Shown piece by piece: positions 28,969 through 38,238 of a stretch of 64,000 bases of DNA (position 1 is the stretch's first letter; each line of letters opens with the position of its first letter). The notes beneath the pieces were generated by a model. That model worked only from the letters and a program-made list of their open reading frames with translations. It was not told the origin of the DNA and did no database searches. Origin of the DNA: Pseudomonadota bacterium (GTDB lineage: Bacteria > Pseudomonadota > Alphaproteobacteria > Rhizobiales > Hyphomicrobiaceae); assembly GCA_023423275.1 (NCBI GenBank), contig JAFAFW010000066.1:6285-70284 (forward strand), read 5' to 3'. The position numbers and the translations under genes were made by a program.

Positions 28969-30555
28969 ATGCGCAGTTTCCACTTCCCGGGCCGCTCCCC
29001 GGTTTACGCTCAGCGCGCCATGTGCGCGACGTCGCACCCGTTCGCCGCCTTGACCGCTATCGAGACCATGCGAAAGGGGGGCAACGCGATCGACGCGGCA
29101 ATTTCGGCGTCAGCGGTGCTGGCAGTCGTTGAACATCCCATGACGGGCATCGGCGGCGATTGCTTTGCGCTGATTTCAAAGCCCGGACAAAAGCTGATCG
29201 CGTTGAATGCCTCTGGACGCGCGCCCGCCGCAGCGACCGCTGACTGGTATGCGAAAGCCGGTATCCATCAGATCGAAATGCAGTCGCCCCATGCGGTAAC
29301 CGTGCCGGGCGCGATCGACGGATGGGCGACCTTGCTGGCCGACCATGGCACGATTTCCCTGGGGCAAGCCCTGGCGCCGGCCATCGACTATGCGGAGCGT
29401 GGATTTCCAGTCGCGCCGCGCGTCGCGCACGACTGGGCTGGCACCGCGCCGAAGCTCCAGGGGCATCATGGGGCCCGTAAGCACATGCTGCCCGAGGGCC
29501 GCTCGCCGCGCGTCGGCGAGGTGATGCGTTTTCCGGCTCTCGCACGCACGCTGCGCATCATCGCCGAGCAGGGGCGCGACGGCTTCTATCAGGGTGAAGT
29601 CGCCGAGGATATCGTGGGTGAGCTCAAGAGCATGGGCGGCCTGCACACGCTCGAGGATTTCGCGGCCCAGAAATGCTCCTATGTCGATCCGATCTCGGTC
29701 ACCTATCGAGGTGTCGAACTCTGGGAATTGCCGCCTAACAATCACGGCATCGTCGCTCTCATCCTGCTGAGAATGTTCGAGAAGATGGGCGTGGGTTCGG
29801 ACAGCGCGACCTCGGCCGAGCGCTACCATCTTATGATCGAAGCAGCGCGACTGGGCTACGCCATGCGCGATGCCTTCGTGGCGGATCCGGATGTTTCGAA
29901 AGTGCCCGTGGAGCACATGCTTTCGGATGCCGTGATCGACGATCTCGTCCGGCGGATCGATCGCAAACGCCGCACGCCTGATCTCGGACCCGTGCCGAAG
30001 CCGTCGGGATCGGACACCATTTATCTGACGGTTGCGGATGAGAGCGGCATGGCCGTGTCGTTCATCAACTCGATCTACAGCCCGTTCGGCTCGGGGATCG
30101 TCGCGCCGAAATCCGGTGTGATGTTGCACAATCGTGGCCAGGGCTTTGTGCTCGATCCAAGCCATCCCAATGTCATCGCTCCGCGCAAGCGGCCGATGCA
30201 CACGCTGGTTCCTGCCATGGCCACACGCGATGGCAAGCCGTTTCTGTCGTTCGGCGTGATGGGAGCTGCGTTCCAGCCGACAGGCCACGCCTACATGATG
30301 ACGAACATGCTCGACTTCGGCATGGACCCTCAGGAGGCCGTCGATTGTCCGCGGGTGTTCTTCGAAGGCAACCAGGTGCAGGTCGAGGAAACGGTTCCGG
30401 CCGCGACGGCCGAGGCGCTTGCCGCGATGGGTCACAAGATTTCCACGCGGCCCGAGCCGTGGGGTGGCGCTCAGATGATCTGCTTCGATCGCGTGAACGA
30501 TGTCATGATCGGCGCGTCCGATCCGCGCAAGGACGGCTGCGCGCTGGGATACTGA
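28969..30555 (+). CDS. ggt: Gamma-glutamyltransferase
   Basis: [17 protein letters not shown] (nucleophile Thr), KRPMHT and DPRKDG motifs. Confidence 0.93.
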   Translation: MRSFHFPGRSPVYAQRAMCATSHPFAALTAIETMRKGGNAIDAAISASAVLAVVEHPMTGIGGDCFALISKPGQKLIALNASGRAPAAATADWYAKAGIHQIEMQSPHAVTVPGAIDGWATLLADHGTISLGQALAPAIDYAERGFPVAPRVAHDWAGTAPKLQGHHGARKHMLPEGRSPRVGEVMRFPALARTLRIIAEQGRDGFYQGEVAEDIVGELKSMGGLHTLEDFAAQKCSYVDPISVTYRGVELWELPPNNHGIVALILLRMFEKMGVGSDSATSAERYHLMIEAARLGYAMRDAFVADPDVSKVPVEHMLSDAVIDDLVRRIDRKRRTPDLGPVPKPSGSDTIYLTVADESGMAVSFINSIYSPFGSGIVAPKSGVMLHNRGQGFVLDPSHPNVIAPRKRPMHTLVPAMATRDGKPFLSFGVMGAAFQPTGHAYMMTNMLDFGMDPQEAVDCPRVFFEGNQVQVEETVPAATAEALAAMGHKISTRPEPWGGAQMICFDRVNDVMIGASDPRKDGCALGY

Positions 30556-30565
30556 GGAGGGCGTC

Positions 30566-30865
30566 ATGGCTGCATCGGCAGCCGAGACCCGGCGAACGGT
30601 CCATGTTCGCATCGAAGGGCGTGTTCAAGGTGTGGGATATCGCGCCTGGGTCGCCGCGACGGCGACTGCGCTGCGCCTGGATGGTTGGGTGCGCAATCGC
30701 CGGGGCGGCACCGTCGAAGCCGTCTTCGGCGGGCCTGCCGACGCTGTCGCCGATATGCTGAAGCGCTGCGATCGAGGACCGGCAGCAGCGCGCGTCAGCC
30801 AGGTCATCGTGATCGCAGAAGGGCTCTCCGTTGACTCGGGTTTCGACGTGCTCGGGACGATATAG
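30566..30865 (+). CDS. acyP: Acylphosphatase
   Basis: GRVQGVGYR and GWVRN motifs. Confidence 0.93.
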   Translation: MAASAAETRRTVHVRIEGRVQGVGYRAWVAATATALRLDGWVRNRRGGTVEAVFGGPADAVADMLKRCDRGPAAARVSQVIVIAEGLSVDSGFDVLGTI

Positions 30866-30875
30866 CCGGAACCGG

Positions 30876-31721
30876 TCAGAGCTTCGCAGCCTCGCGCCTT
30901 AGCCCCCAGAGGATCGGCTCATAGGCCTCCTCATCGCGAGATTCGGGGTAGATCGCATAGACCGGATAGACGAACTTGCGCACGCGCTTGGGCATGCGTA
31001 GCCGCCCGCGTGCGAGGTGCGGCTTGATCAGACGTATTGGGAAATAAGCCGACGCGGCGTTGTTCAGCACATAGGACAAGGCGAGCGGGCCCAGGTCCAT
31101 GTTGAGCCCGGGCGTGCTCAGCTCCGGATGTGCGGACGCGTGATCGAGTTGGAAATCAGGCCCCCAGTTGATGAAGACGTAGTCGGATCCCGGGCGCCGC
31201 GGGAGGGACTTGCCGCTCGTGACGAGCACGAATTCCTCATCAAAGAGGTGCTCGACGATCAGGCCCGGTGGCTGGACGGGCCGATAGGCGACCGCGAGAT
31301 CGAGTGTGCCTTCCAGCAGCCGCTGCGTCATCACCGAGGATCCACCGGCGATAGTGGAGACGGCGATATCCGGGATAGAGCTGCGCAGCCACGCCGTCCA
31401 GCGCAGCAGGAAGCCGTCCCAGAGGCTCATCGGGCCGCCGACGGACAGGTGATCGCGGTGCTGATCGGAAAGGCCGACTTCAAGCTGTGCGTGCTGCCAG
31501 ACACGAACGATAGCCAGCGCGTGTTTGCGGAACTGTTCGCCGGCGGCTGTCATGGCTGCACCGGCCTTCGAGCGCTCGAAGAGAGGACGGCCGAGAAGAT
31601 CCTCGAGTCCTTTGATGCGCGCGCTGACTGTCGATTGCGTTATGTGCATCTTCCGGGCGGCTTCGATGAAGCTACCGGTCTCCGCGACGGTGAGGAACGT
31701 GCGCGCCAGATTGATGTCCAT
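30876..31721 (-). CDS. LysR-family regulator, HdfR-like
   Basis: LysR HTH (TQSTVSARIKGLE); SLWD and WGPDF motifs recall HdfR. Confidence 0.9.
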   Translation of the reverse strand: MDINLARTFLTVAETGSFIEAARKMHITQSTVSARIKGLEDLLGRPLFERSKAGAAMTAAGEQFRKHALAIVRVWQHAQLEVGLSDQHRDHLSVGGPMSLWDGFLLRWTAWLRSSIPDIAVSTIAGGSSVMTQRLLEGTLDLAVAYRPVQPPGLIVEHLFDEEFVLVTSGKSLPRRPGSDYVFINWGPDFQLDHASAHPELSTPGLNMDLGPLALSYVLNNAASAYFPIRLIKPHLARGRLRMPKRVRKFVYPVYAIYPESRDEEAYEPILWGLRREAAKL

Positions 31722-31787
31722 GTGCGAGAGCCTGCTGCCTTTCGGTCGATGAGCCAAGCACTGCGTCGCAAACTGGATAAAAACTAC

Positions 31788-31806
31788 CTATCGAAAGGTC
31801 CGATAG
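31788..31806. promoter_or_regulatory. LysR-type recognition palindrome
   Basis: CTATCG-AAAGGTC-CGATAG, containing T-N11-A, between the LysR gene and the divergent micro-ORF. Confidence 0.65.
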
Positions 31807-31923
31807 AAGTCACCGGAAAAATCCGTTTGTGGACTCATTTGAATCTACCCACATTGCTCGCGACTCGGATTTTTCCGAGTCAAGTGCTCCTCTAATGGAG
31901 CGACAAACAGAAGGACGATGAAC

Positions 31924-32013
31924 ATGAAGGCGAAGGCAAAAGCTAAAGCTCCTGCGAAGAAGCCGGCTGCGAAGGCTCCGGCCAAGAAGGCTCCGGCCAA
32001 GAAGAAGAAGTAA
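31924..32013 (+). CDS. 29-aa Lys/Ala/Pro-rich histone-H1-like microprotein
   Basis: MKAKAKAKAPAKKPAAKAPAKKAPAKKKK*; AAGGA ends 8 nt upstream; mostly AAG/GCT/CCG codons; alternative ATG 31918; below the ORF-track cutoff. Confidence 0.75.
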   Translation: MKAKAKAKAPAKKPAAKAPAKKAPAKKKK

Positions 32014-32044
32014 GCAGTTTTCTGTTGCGCCCGCAGCGTCGGAG

Positions 32045-32386
32045 TTGATCGTGTCGCGGATAGCAGCCCTGGTGGTAAGCGCGGCGGCGGTGTTGAGTGC
32101 GGAAGCCGCAGCAGCGGTGTCACTGACGAACCGGGACGATCGTGACCATAAGGTGATGATCGTTGAGGGCGAGAGTCGTCAGGAGCATGTGCTGGCGCCG
32201 TCGGCGGTTCTTGACGGAATCTGCCAGAAGGGTTGCATCATTCGCCTCAACGACAGCGAGAGCGATGAGTACGAACTCGAGGGGAATGAGATCGTTTCCA
32301 TCGAGGAAGGCTACCTGTACTACGATGGGCCGGATGCATCACCCGAGCCGGATACCGGCGAAGATGAGCAGGGGCGCAAGAAGTAG
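32045..32386 (+). CDS. Small acidic secreted hypothetical protein
   Basis: Signal peptide (RIAALVVSAAAVLSAEAAAA); CxxxC pair; Asp/Glu-rich; start uncertain. Confidence 0.75.
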   Translation: MIVSRIAALVVSAAAVLSAEAAAAVSLTNRDDRDHKVMIVEGESRQEHVLAPSAVLDGICQKGCIIRLNDSESDEYELEGNEIVSIEEGYLYYDGPDASPEPDTGEDEQGRKK

Positions 32387-32411
32387 AGGTAGGCGGGCGA
32401 TAGTGAATTAG

Positions 32412-32448
32412 GGGCTCTGAGCCGTGAAGGTTCAGGGTCCTTTTTTTT
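32412..32448 (+). terminator. Rho-independent terminator
   Basis: Stem GGGCTCTGAGCC/GGTTCAGGGTCC followed by T8. Confidence 0.85.
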
Positions 32449-33205
32449 ATGATTCGGCGCTGACGCTTTCGCTCGTGACGAGCGCATCAACTGTGCGACC
32501 GACCATGGGAACCCCGACCCTCCGTATCGCCCCGAATCGAGCCGCGAATGTCTCAGCGAACGCATCATCGACAACGTTCATGTGGATATCGCGGCCCAGA
32601 TCGGTGAGGCTCGTTACGCCATGGCCGCGGATGCCGCAGGGTACGATCCCTGCAAAATGGGAGAGGTCCGGCGCCACGTTGAAACTCAATCCGTGCATGC
32701 TGACCCAACGCCGCACACGGATTCCAATCGCGGCGATCTTATCCTCGACGCCTGATCCTTTGTCCGGGCGAGGCACCCATACGCCGACTCGATCGGCACG
32801 CGTTTCGCCCACGATCTCGAATCGCGCCAGCGTCGCGATGATCCAATCCTCGAGAAGATGCACGAAGGCGCGGACGTCGCCGCAACGACTGCGGACGTCC
32901 AGCATCGTATAGACGACGCGCTGCCCCGGGCCATGATAGGTAAATTGGCCGCCTCGGCCCGTGCGATAGACCGGCAACGTCCCTTGATCGATCAGGTCTT
33001 CGGGGCGCGCGCTGGTGCCGGCGGTATAGAGTGGTGGATGCTGTAGCAGCCAGACGAGTTCCGGGGCTGCCCTCGCGGCGATGGCGTTGGCGCGTTCATC
33101 CATGAACGCGAGCGCATCCGCATAGTCCACCAGCCCGGGACTGACGGCCCATTCGACCGGGCGGCCCGATTGCGTGGTTACGCATATGTCGTTCTGGAGG
33201 GTCAC
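32447..33205 (-). CDS. lipB: Lipoyl(octanoyl) transferase
   Basis: [26 protein letters not shown] and IVPCG motifs; start uncertain. Confidence 0.95.
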   Translation of the reverse strand: MTLQNDICVTTQSGRPVEWAVSPGLVDYADALAFMDERANAIAARAAPELVWLLQHPPLYTAGTSARPEDLIDQGTLPVYRTGRGGQFTYHGPGQRVVYTMLDVRSRCGDVRAFVHLLEDWIIATLARFEIVGETRADRVGVWVPRPDKGSGVEDKIAAIGIRVRRWVSMHGLSFNVAPDLSHFAGIVPCGIRGHGVTSLTDLGRDIHMNVVDDAFAETFAARFGAIRRVGVPMVGRTVDALVTSESVSAES

Positions 33206-33399
33206 GGTAGATAGGCCATACTCCACCTCGGTCGGGCAGGACAAGCTTTGCCTCCGCGCCCCATGAATGGCTGGCCTGCGCCTCGGCGCCCTTGTGGAAA
33301 ACGGTTAAGGGCACGGCGCGGCGTCTTGTATCGTCGGTACCTGCGAGGATGGCTTGTAGGCGGGCGATGAGTTTGATACAGGGACGTGTCCATCGGCTT

Positions 33400-33485
33400 G
33401 CGGTCGTGGCGGAACTGGTAGACGCACTACCTTGAGGTGGTAGCGCTCAAAAGGCGTGGAGGTTCGAGTCCTCTCGACCGCACCA
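33400..33485 (+). tRNA. tRNA-Leu(GAG)
   Basis: Acceptor stem GCGGTCG/CGACCGC; anticodon arm CTACC-TTGAGGT-GGTAG; long variable arm; GGTTCGAGTCC; encoded CCA. Confidence 0.97.
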
Positions 33486-33738
33486 TGTTGAAGCTTGTGG
33501 ACTTTCTCTATTTTGCGGTTTTGCAAGGATCGGGGCTGTCATGGCGCTGGGCGCGGCATGACAGCCCCGATCTGCAAGCAGGCGCTCCTCAGAGCGCAGG
33601 CTGACTATGCCGCGCGCCTGCGTTTCGCCGATAATCTCGTCAAACCGTCGGTTGACGGCGGGCGTATTCCCCGGCAAGGCGATGCAACTGGTAACGTGAG
33701 TGTTTTGATCGGCGAGGCCGATCGATATCCGGAGCTTC

Positions 33739-34695
33739 ATGCGAATGTCGGACCTCCCAAGCACCGTCCATCTGATGGAAGTCGGCCCGCGCGATGGGTT
33801 GCAAATCGAGCCGAAAATTCTCTCTCGCGATGAAAAGCTGCGCCTCATCTCTGCCATCGAGGCGGCTGGTATCAAGGAGATCGAAGTCGGATCATTCGTG
33901 AATCCGAAGGCCGTGCCACAGATGGCCGATACGGCGGAGGTCTTCGAGGCGCTCAATCCCAAACCCGGCGTCATCTATCGGGCGCTTTGGCTGAATGCGC
34001 GTGGACTGGAGCGGGCTGCTGCGACCCGGAATGTCGATCTCGAAGGCCGGCTGCATCTCACGGCCAGCGAGATTTTCGTCAAGCGTAACACCAATCGGAC
34101 GATCGACGAGACCTTCGCACAGGTTCCGGATTGGATCGAACGCTACAAGGAAGCCGGTGTGACCGCGGATAGCGCGGGCATCATGGCGGCATTCGGCTGC
34201 AACTTCGAAGGTGATGTTCCGCCCGCGCGCGTCGTAGGCCTGATCGAGCGCCTCGATGGCATCCTCGTTGCGCACGGATCGAAGCTGAAGCACGTGTCCC
34301 TGGCTGACACCATGGGCTGGGCCAATCCACGCCACATCAAGACGCTCATCGGCATGATCCGCGACACGTGGCCGGATCTCACCCTGAGACTGCACCTGCA
34401 CGACACGCGCGGTACGGCCGTTGCGAATGCGGTGGCGGCTCTCGAAATGGGCGTGCGCGAGTTCGACGGCTCGATCGCGGGTCTCGGAGGCTGCCCGTTT
34501 GCAGGTCATAAGGGCGCCGCAGGCAATATCTGCACCGAGGATCTGGCTTTCGTGTGCGAGGAGATGGGCGTCAAGACCGGGGTCGATCTCGAGTCTCTCG
34601 TCGAGGCAGCCAAACTTGCCGAGACGCTGGTTGGTCATCCTGTACCCGGCAAGGTCATGAAGGGTGGCCTGTTGAGCAACCTCCGCAAACACTGA
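33739..34695 (+). CDS. Hydroxymethylglutaryl-CoA lyase family protein
   Basis: EVGPRDGLQ, HLHDTRG, GLGGCPFA and GNICTED motifs. Confidence 0.9.
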   Translation: MRMSDLPSTVHLMEVGPRDGLQIEPKILSRDEKLRLISAIEAAGIKEIEVGSFVNPKAVPQMADTAEVFEALNPKPGVIYRALWLNARGLERAAATRNVDLEGRLHLTASEIFVKRNTNRTIDETFAQVPDWIERYKEAGVTADSAGIMAAFGCNFEGDVPPARVVGLIERLDGILVAHGSKLKHVSLADTMGWANPRHIKTLIGMIRDTWPDLTLRLHLHDTRGTAVANAVAALEMGVREFDGSIAGLGGCPFAGHKGAAGNICTEDLAFVCEEMGVKTGVDLESLVEAAKLAETLVGHPVPGKVMKGGLLSNLRKH

Positions 34696-34839
34696 AATCG
34701 TACCTCCACGGGACAGCGCTTATCCCGCCAGATTTGTTAGCCTCTGCAACCTTGAGCCGGTAACGGTTTCTTTGAGCCGATCGGCTACGCTGGCTGTTCT
34801 GCGGTTCCAGAAAGTCCTGGGCCGGGGGAGGGTTCAGTT

Positions 34840-36054
34840 GTGCAGTCCACATCGCGTTCAGCAGACGCCGCCGGACACACCGGCGCGCCTGTATCCGGGC
34901 ATCCCGCGCCAGTTGGGGCCGAAAGGCGAATCATAGCCCTCGACGGAATCCGGGGGCTGATGACGATCCTTGTGGTCATCTCTCACTTCTTTGCCGAGCT
35001 GCCGGGAGGCCTGAACGTCTTCGCGTTCGGCTGGATCGCCGTCGACATGTTCTTCGTGCTGAGCGGCTTTCTCGTCGGCCGTCTGATCCTGGAAAAAGGC
35101 GACCGCGCCAATTTCTTCACCGTCTTCTACGTCCGCCGCGTATGCCGGACATTCCCGATCTACTTCTTCTGCGTGCTGGTGCTGGTTGCGCTGTTTTCTT
35201 CGATGCCGCCGACAATCAGTGAGGCTGACGTCGCCTTCCCGACCTGGTCGTACCTGACGTTCACGCAAAACTTCTTCATGATCGCCAACGACAGCATCGG
35301 CGCGCATTGGCTGGCCCCAACCTGGACTTTGGCGGTCGAGGAGCAATTCTATCTCTTTGCTCCGGCCGTCCTGCTGTTCACGCCGCGACGCTTTCTCTTG
35401 CCGGTGCTGGTCGCAGTGGCCGCGGCGGCGGTCGTGCTTCGCGGTAGCATTTTCTGGTTTGGTTACGCGCCGATGGCGGCCTACGTCCTGTTTCCCGCCA
35501 AGGCCGATATTCTCGTCTGCGGCTTGATCGCTGCGGTTGTACTCCTTCAATCGCGTCTGGACTGGAAGCGGTATGACGATGCCTTGCGCGTCGCGCCGAT
35601 CGTGCTGCTCGTCCTCGTGTTCGCGATCCGCGCTATCGAAGGCAAAGGTGGCATCGTATTCGAAACGACAGGTCATCTGCTTGTTTCGCTCGCGTCTGCC
35701 GCATTTCTACTGGCGGTCGTGCGCGGTGCGCCGGAGGGCAAGCGGCTGACGTCCAACGTGCTCTGCTTCTTCGGCAATACGTCTTACGCGGTGTACCTGA
35801 CACACTTGCCCATTCTCTGGCTTGCGCATGGCCTTGTGTTCGGCGCGAAGCCGGCGCTGGTGAGCCCGCTGCATTGGCTGGTAACGTTGGGGGCAATGCT
35901 TGTCGTGGTGCCGGTCGGGTGGGCACTGACACGGCTCGTCGAGGAGCCCATCACCGCCTACGGCCGCCGCTGGAAGTGGTCGGACGAGAAACGTCAAACC
36001 GAACATGCGAGCCCGGTCGGCTTGAAGCAGGGCCTCAGCTCATCCGTTTCCTGA
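34840..36054 (+). CDS. Acyltransferase-3 (OafA-like) membrane O-acyltransferase
   Basis: LDGIRG, VDMFFVLSGF, FYVRR, WTLAVEEQFY and SYAVYLTH motifs. Confidence 0.92.
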   Translation: MQSTSRSADAAGHTGAPVSGHPAPVGAERRIIALDGIRGLMTILVVISHFFAELPGGLNVFAFGWIAVDMFFVLSGFLVGRLILEKGDRANFFTVFYVRRVCRTFPIYFFCVLVLVALFSSMPPTISEADVAFPTWSYLTFTQNFFMIANDSIGAHWLAPTWTLAVEEQFYLFAPAVLLFTPRRFLLPVLVAVAAAAVVLRGSIFWFGYAPMAAYVLFPAKADILVCGLIAAVVLLQSRLDWKRYDDALRVAPIVLLVLVFAIRAIEGKGGIVFETTGHLLVSLASAAFLLAVVRGAPEGKRLTSNVLCFFGNTSYAVYLTHLPILWLAHGLVFGAKPALVSPLHWLVTLGAMLVVVPVGWALTRLVEEPITAYGRRWKWSDEKRQTEHASPVGLKQGLSSSVS

Positions 36055-36093
36055 AGCGCTCACGGATCGTGCCGGGCGGCCCGCTTCCGCGGA

Positions 36094-37065
36094 TCAACGT
36101 CTGCCGAACACCTTGGCGCGCCAGTCGTCTTCCTCAACGGGCGGACGCGGTGCTCTCGCGGGCGCGGACGACGGTGCGCTGGCGGCTGGCTCTTGCGATA
36201 CCGGCCAGACCACGGACCGTCGGTTGAGCGTATTGCGAGAATCCGCGATCTGCTTTTTGCCCAAGGCCTGACCCGCCATGGCGTCGAACTCGGCAACGGT
36301 CACAACCGGCGCTTTCGCCACCAGATGCACCACGCGGAAATTCCGAGCTTTCAATTCATCGAGCAGCCCCTTCAGGCCACGCGCCGTAGAGGCCTGGATA
36401 TCATGAAACAGAATGATGCCCTTCTTTCGGCTCGTCAGCTGCTGCAGGATATTGCGCTGGATGACCGCTCCGCTTGGAGTGCGATAATCGTAAGAATCGG
36501 CGTCGATCGAGAAGATACCGATGCCACGTTCTTTCAGAAGGGCCTGGGCGCTCTGAGGATCGCTCAAATAGGGAAATCGGAAAAACGGGGCCACCGGCTG
36601 GCCGAGCGCTGCTTGAACGGCGCTGATGCCGAGTTCGATTTCCTGGCGGGCTGCGGCAGGTGACAGCGAGCCGAGGTTCTTATGCGACCACGTATGCGTG
36701 CCGATGGTGTGGCCGCGGCGCGCGGTTTCCCGCAGCATCTCCGGATCCGAGATCGCCATGCGGCCGACCGAAAAGAACGTTGCCTTCGTGCAATGGGCAT
36801 CAAGGGCGGCGAGGACGGCGGGCGTATGCTGCCGGGACGGGCCGTCGTCGAACGTGAGAACGACTTCCCCGTCCTTCAGGAAATTGAGGTCTTTATATTG
36901 CAGGTTGCCGAACCGCGGACCGGCCGATGCGTCGATTTCGACAACACGAGAAACGCCTAGCGCGCCGCTCTGTGGACCACATGTGGCGGATACCGGCTGC
37001 GCGATCGTCTGCGGCCAGGAGCAAAGCAACAACGCCGCCATGGCGACGGCTGCGGTCGCGCGCAT
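36094..37065 (-). CDS. Secreted polysaccharide deacetylase (NodB-like)
   Basis: Signal peptide; LTFDDGP, HTWSH, FFRFPY and ILFHD motifs. Confidence 0.9.
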   Translation of the reverse strand: MRATAAVAMAALLLCSWPQTIAQPVSATCGPQSGALGVSRVVEIDASAGPRFGNLQYKDLNFLKDGEVVLTFDDGPSRQHTPAVLAALDAHCTKATFFSVGRMAISDPEMLRETARRGHTIGTHTWSHKNLGSLSPAAARQEIELGISAVQAALGQPVAPFFRFPYLSDPQSAQALLKERGIGIFSIDADSYDYRTPSGAVIQRNILQQLTSRKKGIILFHDIQASTARGLKGLLDELKARNFRVVHLVAKAPVVTVAEFDAMAGQALGKKQIADSRNTLNRRSVVWPVSQEPAASAPSSAPARAPRPPVEEDDWRAKVFGRR

Positions 37066-37175
37066 TCACAATCCTCCGGTAAACCCCGTATCCCTCGATA
37101 GCTTCGACTATAGGAGGGGGTAAGGGCGCGCTGCAACCCATTGGAAAACAGAATACCGCCCCAGCAAGCGCAGCA

Positions 37176-37190
37176 CGGCACGCGTGTTGC
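37176..37190 (+). promoter_or_regulatory. Putative sigma-54 -24/-12 promoter
   Basis: CGGCACG-CGTG-TTGC (GG-N10-GC), intergenic, upstream of 37384. Confidence 0.45.
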
Positions 37191-37383
37191 CCATTGGCAG
37201 CAATGCCAACATGACACATTCCCCAGCCGCCGAAGGCGCCGAGTGAACAAAACCCCTGACCTTATCCTGCGCGGGATTGTGGCGGCACGGAGGACACGCA
37301 ACACAGATACTGGCCCCGGATACGCGATTGTGCCAGCCTTGTGCCGCAAGACAACGGTGTCTGAGACGAGGGGCAAGGCATTC

Positions 37384-37794
37384 ATGCGATCCATTTTGAT
37401 CGCCTTGGTACTCATCGGGAGCTGGTGCGGGAGCCCGCTCAGAGCGGCGGAGCCTGCGACAATGGATGTCCCGCTGACCGAGGTTCTGAACGCCACGTCG
37501 CGCAACGCCGCGCTCTACACGTCGATTCGCCTTCAGCTCTGGCGTTCCAAGGTCGCTCTCGCGGATGTGGCGTGTCAGGGCCACCGCTTCGACAGCTCAT
37601 GGGCTCGGCTCGTCGGCACTCATTTCGGGCCGTATGAATGTCCGATCGGCAAGCGAACGGTCTTCATCACGGCAACGCAGAGCTATTATGATGACCGCGG
37701 CCGGAAACTCATGGCGGTGGATCCCGCGTTGCCATCGAAGGCGGCGCGAATCGCTGAAACCAATTTCAAGTGGCGCTGGAGGGACGTGAAGTGA
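37384..37794 (+). CDS. Secreted hypothetical protein with a Cys pair
   Basis: Signal peptide MRSILIALVLIG...; motifs C.G.RF...W and GPYECPIG. Confidence 0.72.
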   Translation: MRSILIALVLIGSWCGSPLRAAEPATMDVPLTEVLNATSRNAALYTSIRLQLWRSKVALADVACQGHRFDSSWARLVGTHFGPYECPIGKRTVFITATQSYYDDRGRKLMAVDPALPSKAARIAETNFKWRWRDVK

Positions 37795-38234
37795 GTGTGC
37801 GGGTCAGGCGCCTTGAGGCGCGCGACAAGGCGGCATGGCAGGCGCTGTTCAAGGGATATATCGCGTTCTACAAAGCGACGGTCGCCGACGACGTGATCGA
37901 GCAGACATGGTCGCGATTGATGGCGGCCGAGCCCGGTTTCCATATCGCGCTCGTGGCCACCAATGAGCAGGACGTCCCGGTCGGTCTCGCGCACGTCCTG
38001 TTCCATCGCTCGACATGGTCGCCGACCTGGTATTGCTATCTGGAAGATCTGTTTGTTGATCCAGCGCAACGTGCGAAAGGCGCGGGGCGCGCCTTGATCG
38101 AGGCGACCTACAAGGAAGCCGACGCGCGCGGCTGCACCCGCACGTATTGGGCAACGCAGGAATTCAACTACAAGGCGCGCACGCTTTACGATCAGGTCGC
38201 GACCAAGTCGCCGTTTGTGCAGTATCGGCGCTGA
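37791..38234 (+). CDS. GNAT N-acetyltransferase
   Basis: YLEDLFV, RAKGAGRALI and NYKARTLYD motifs; GTGA overlap with the upstream gene. Confidence 0.9.
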   Translation: MSVRVRRLEARDKAAWQALFKGYIAFYKATVADDVIEQTWSRLMAAEPGFHIALVATNEQDVPVGLAHVLFHRSTWSPTWYCYLEDLFVDPAQRAKGAGRALIEATYKEADARGCTRTYWATQEFNYKARTLYDQVATKSPFVQYRR

Positions 38235-38238
38235 GAGC

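Noticed and set aside
29176..30612. 478-aa - strand ORF
   Set aside because: Antisense to ggt
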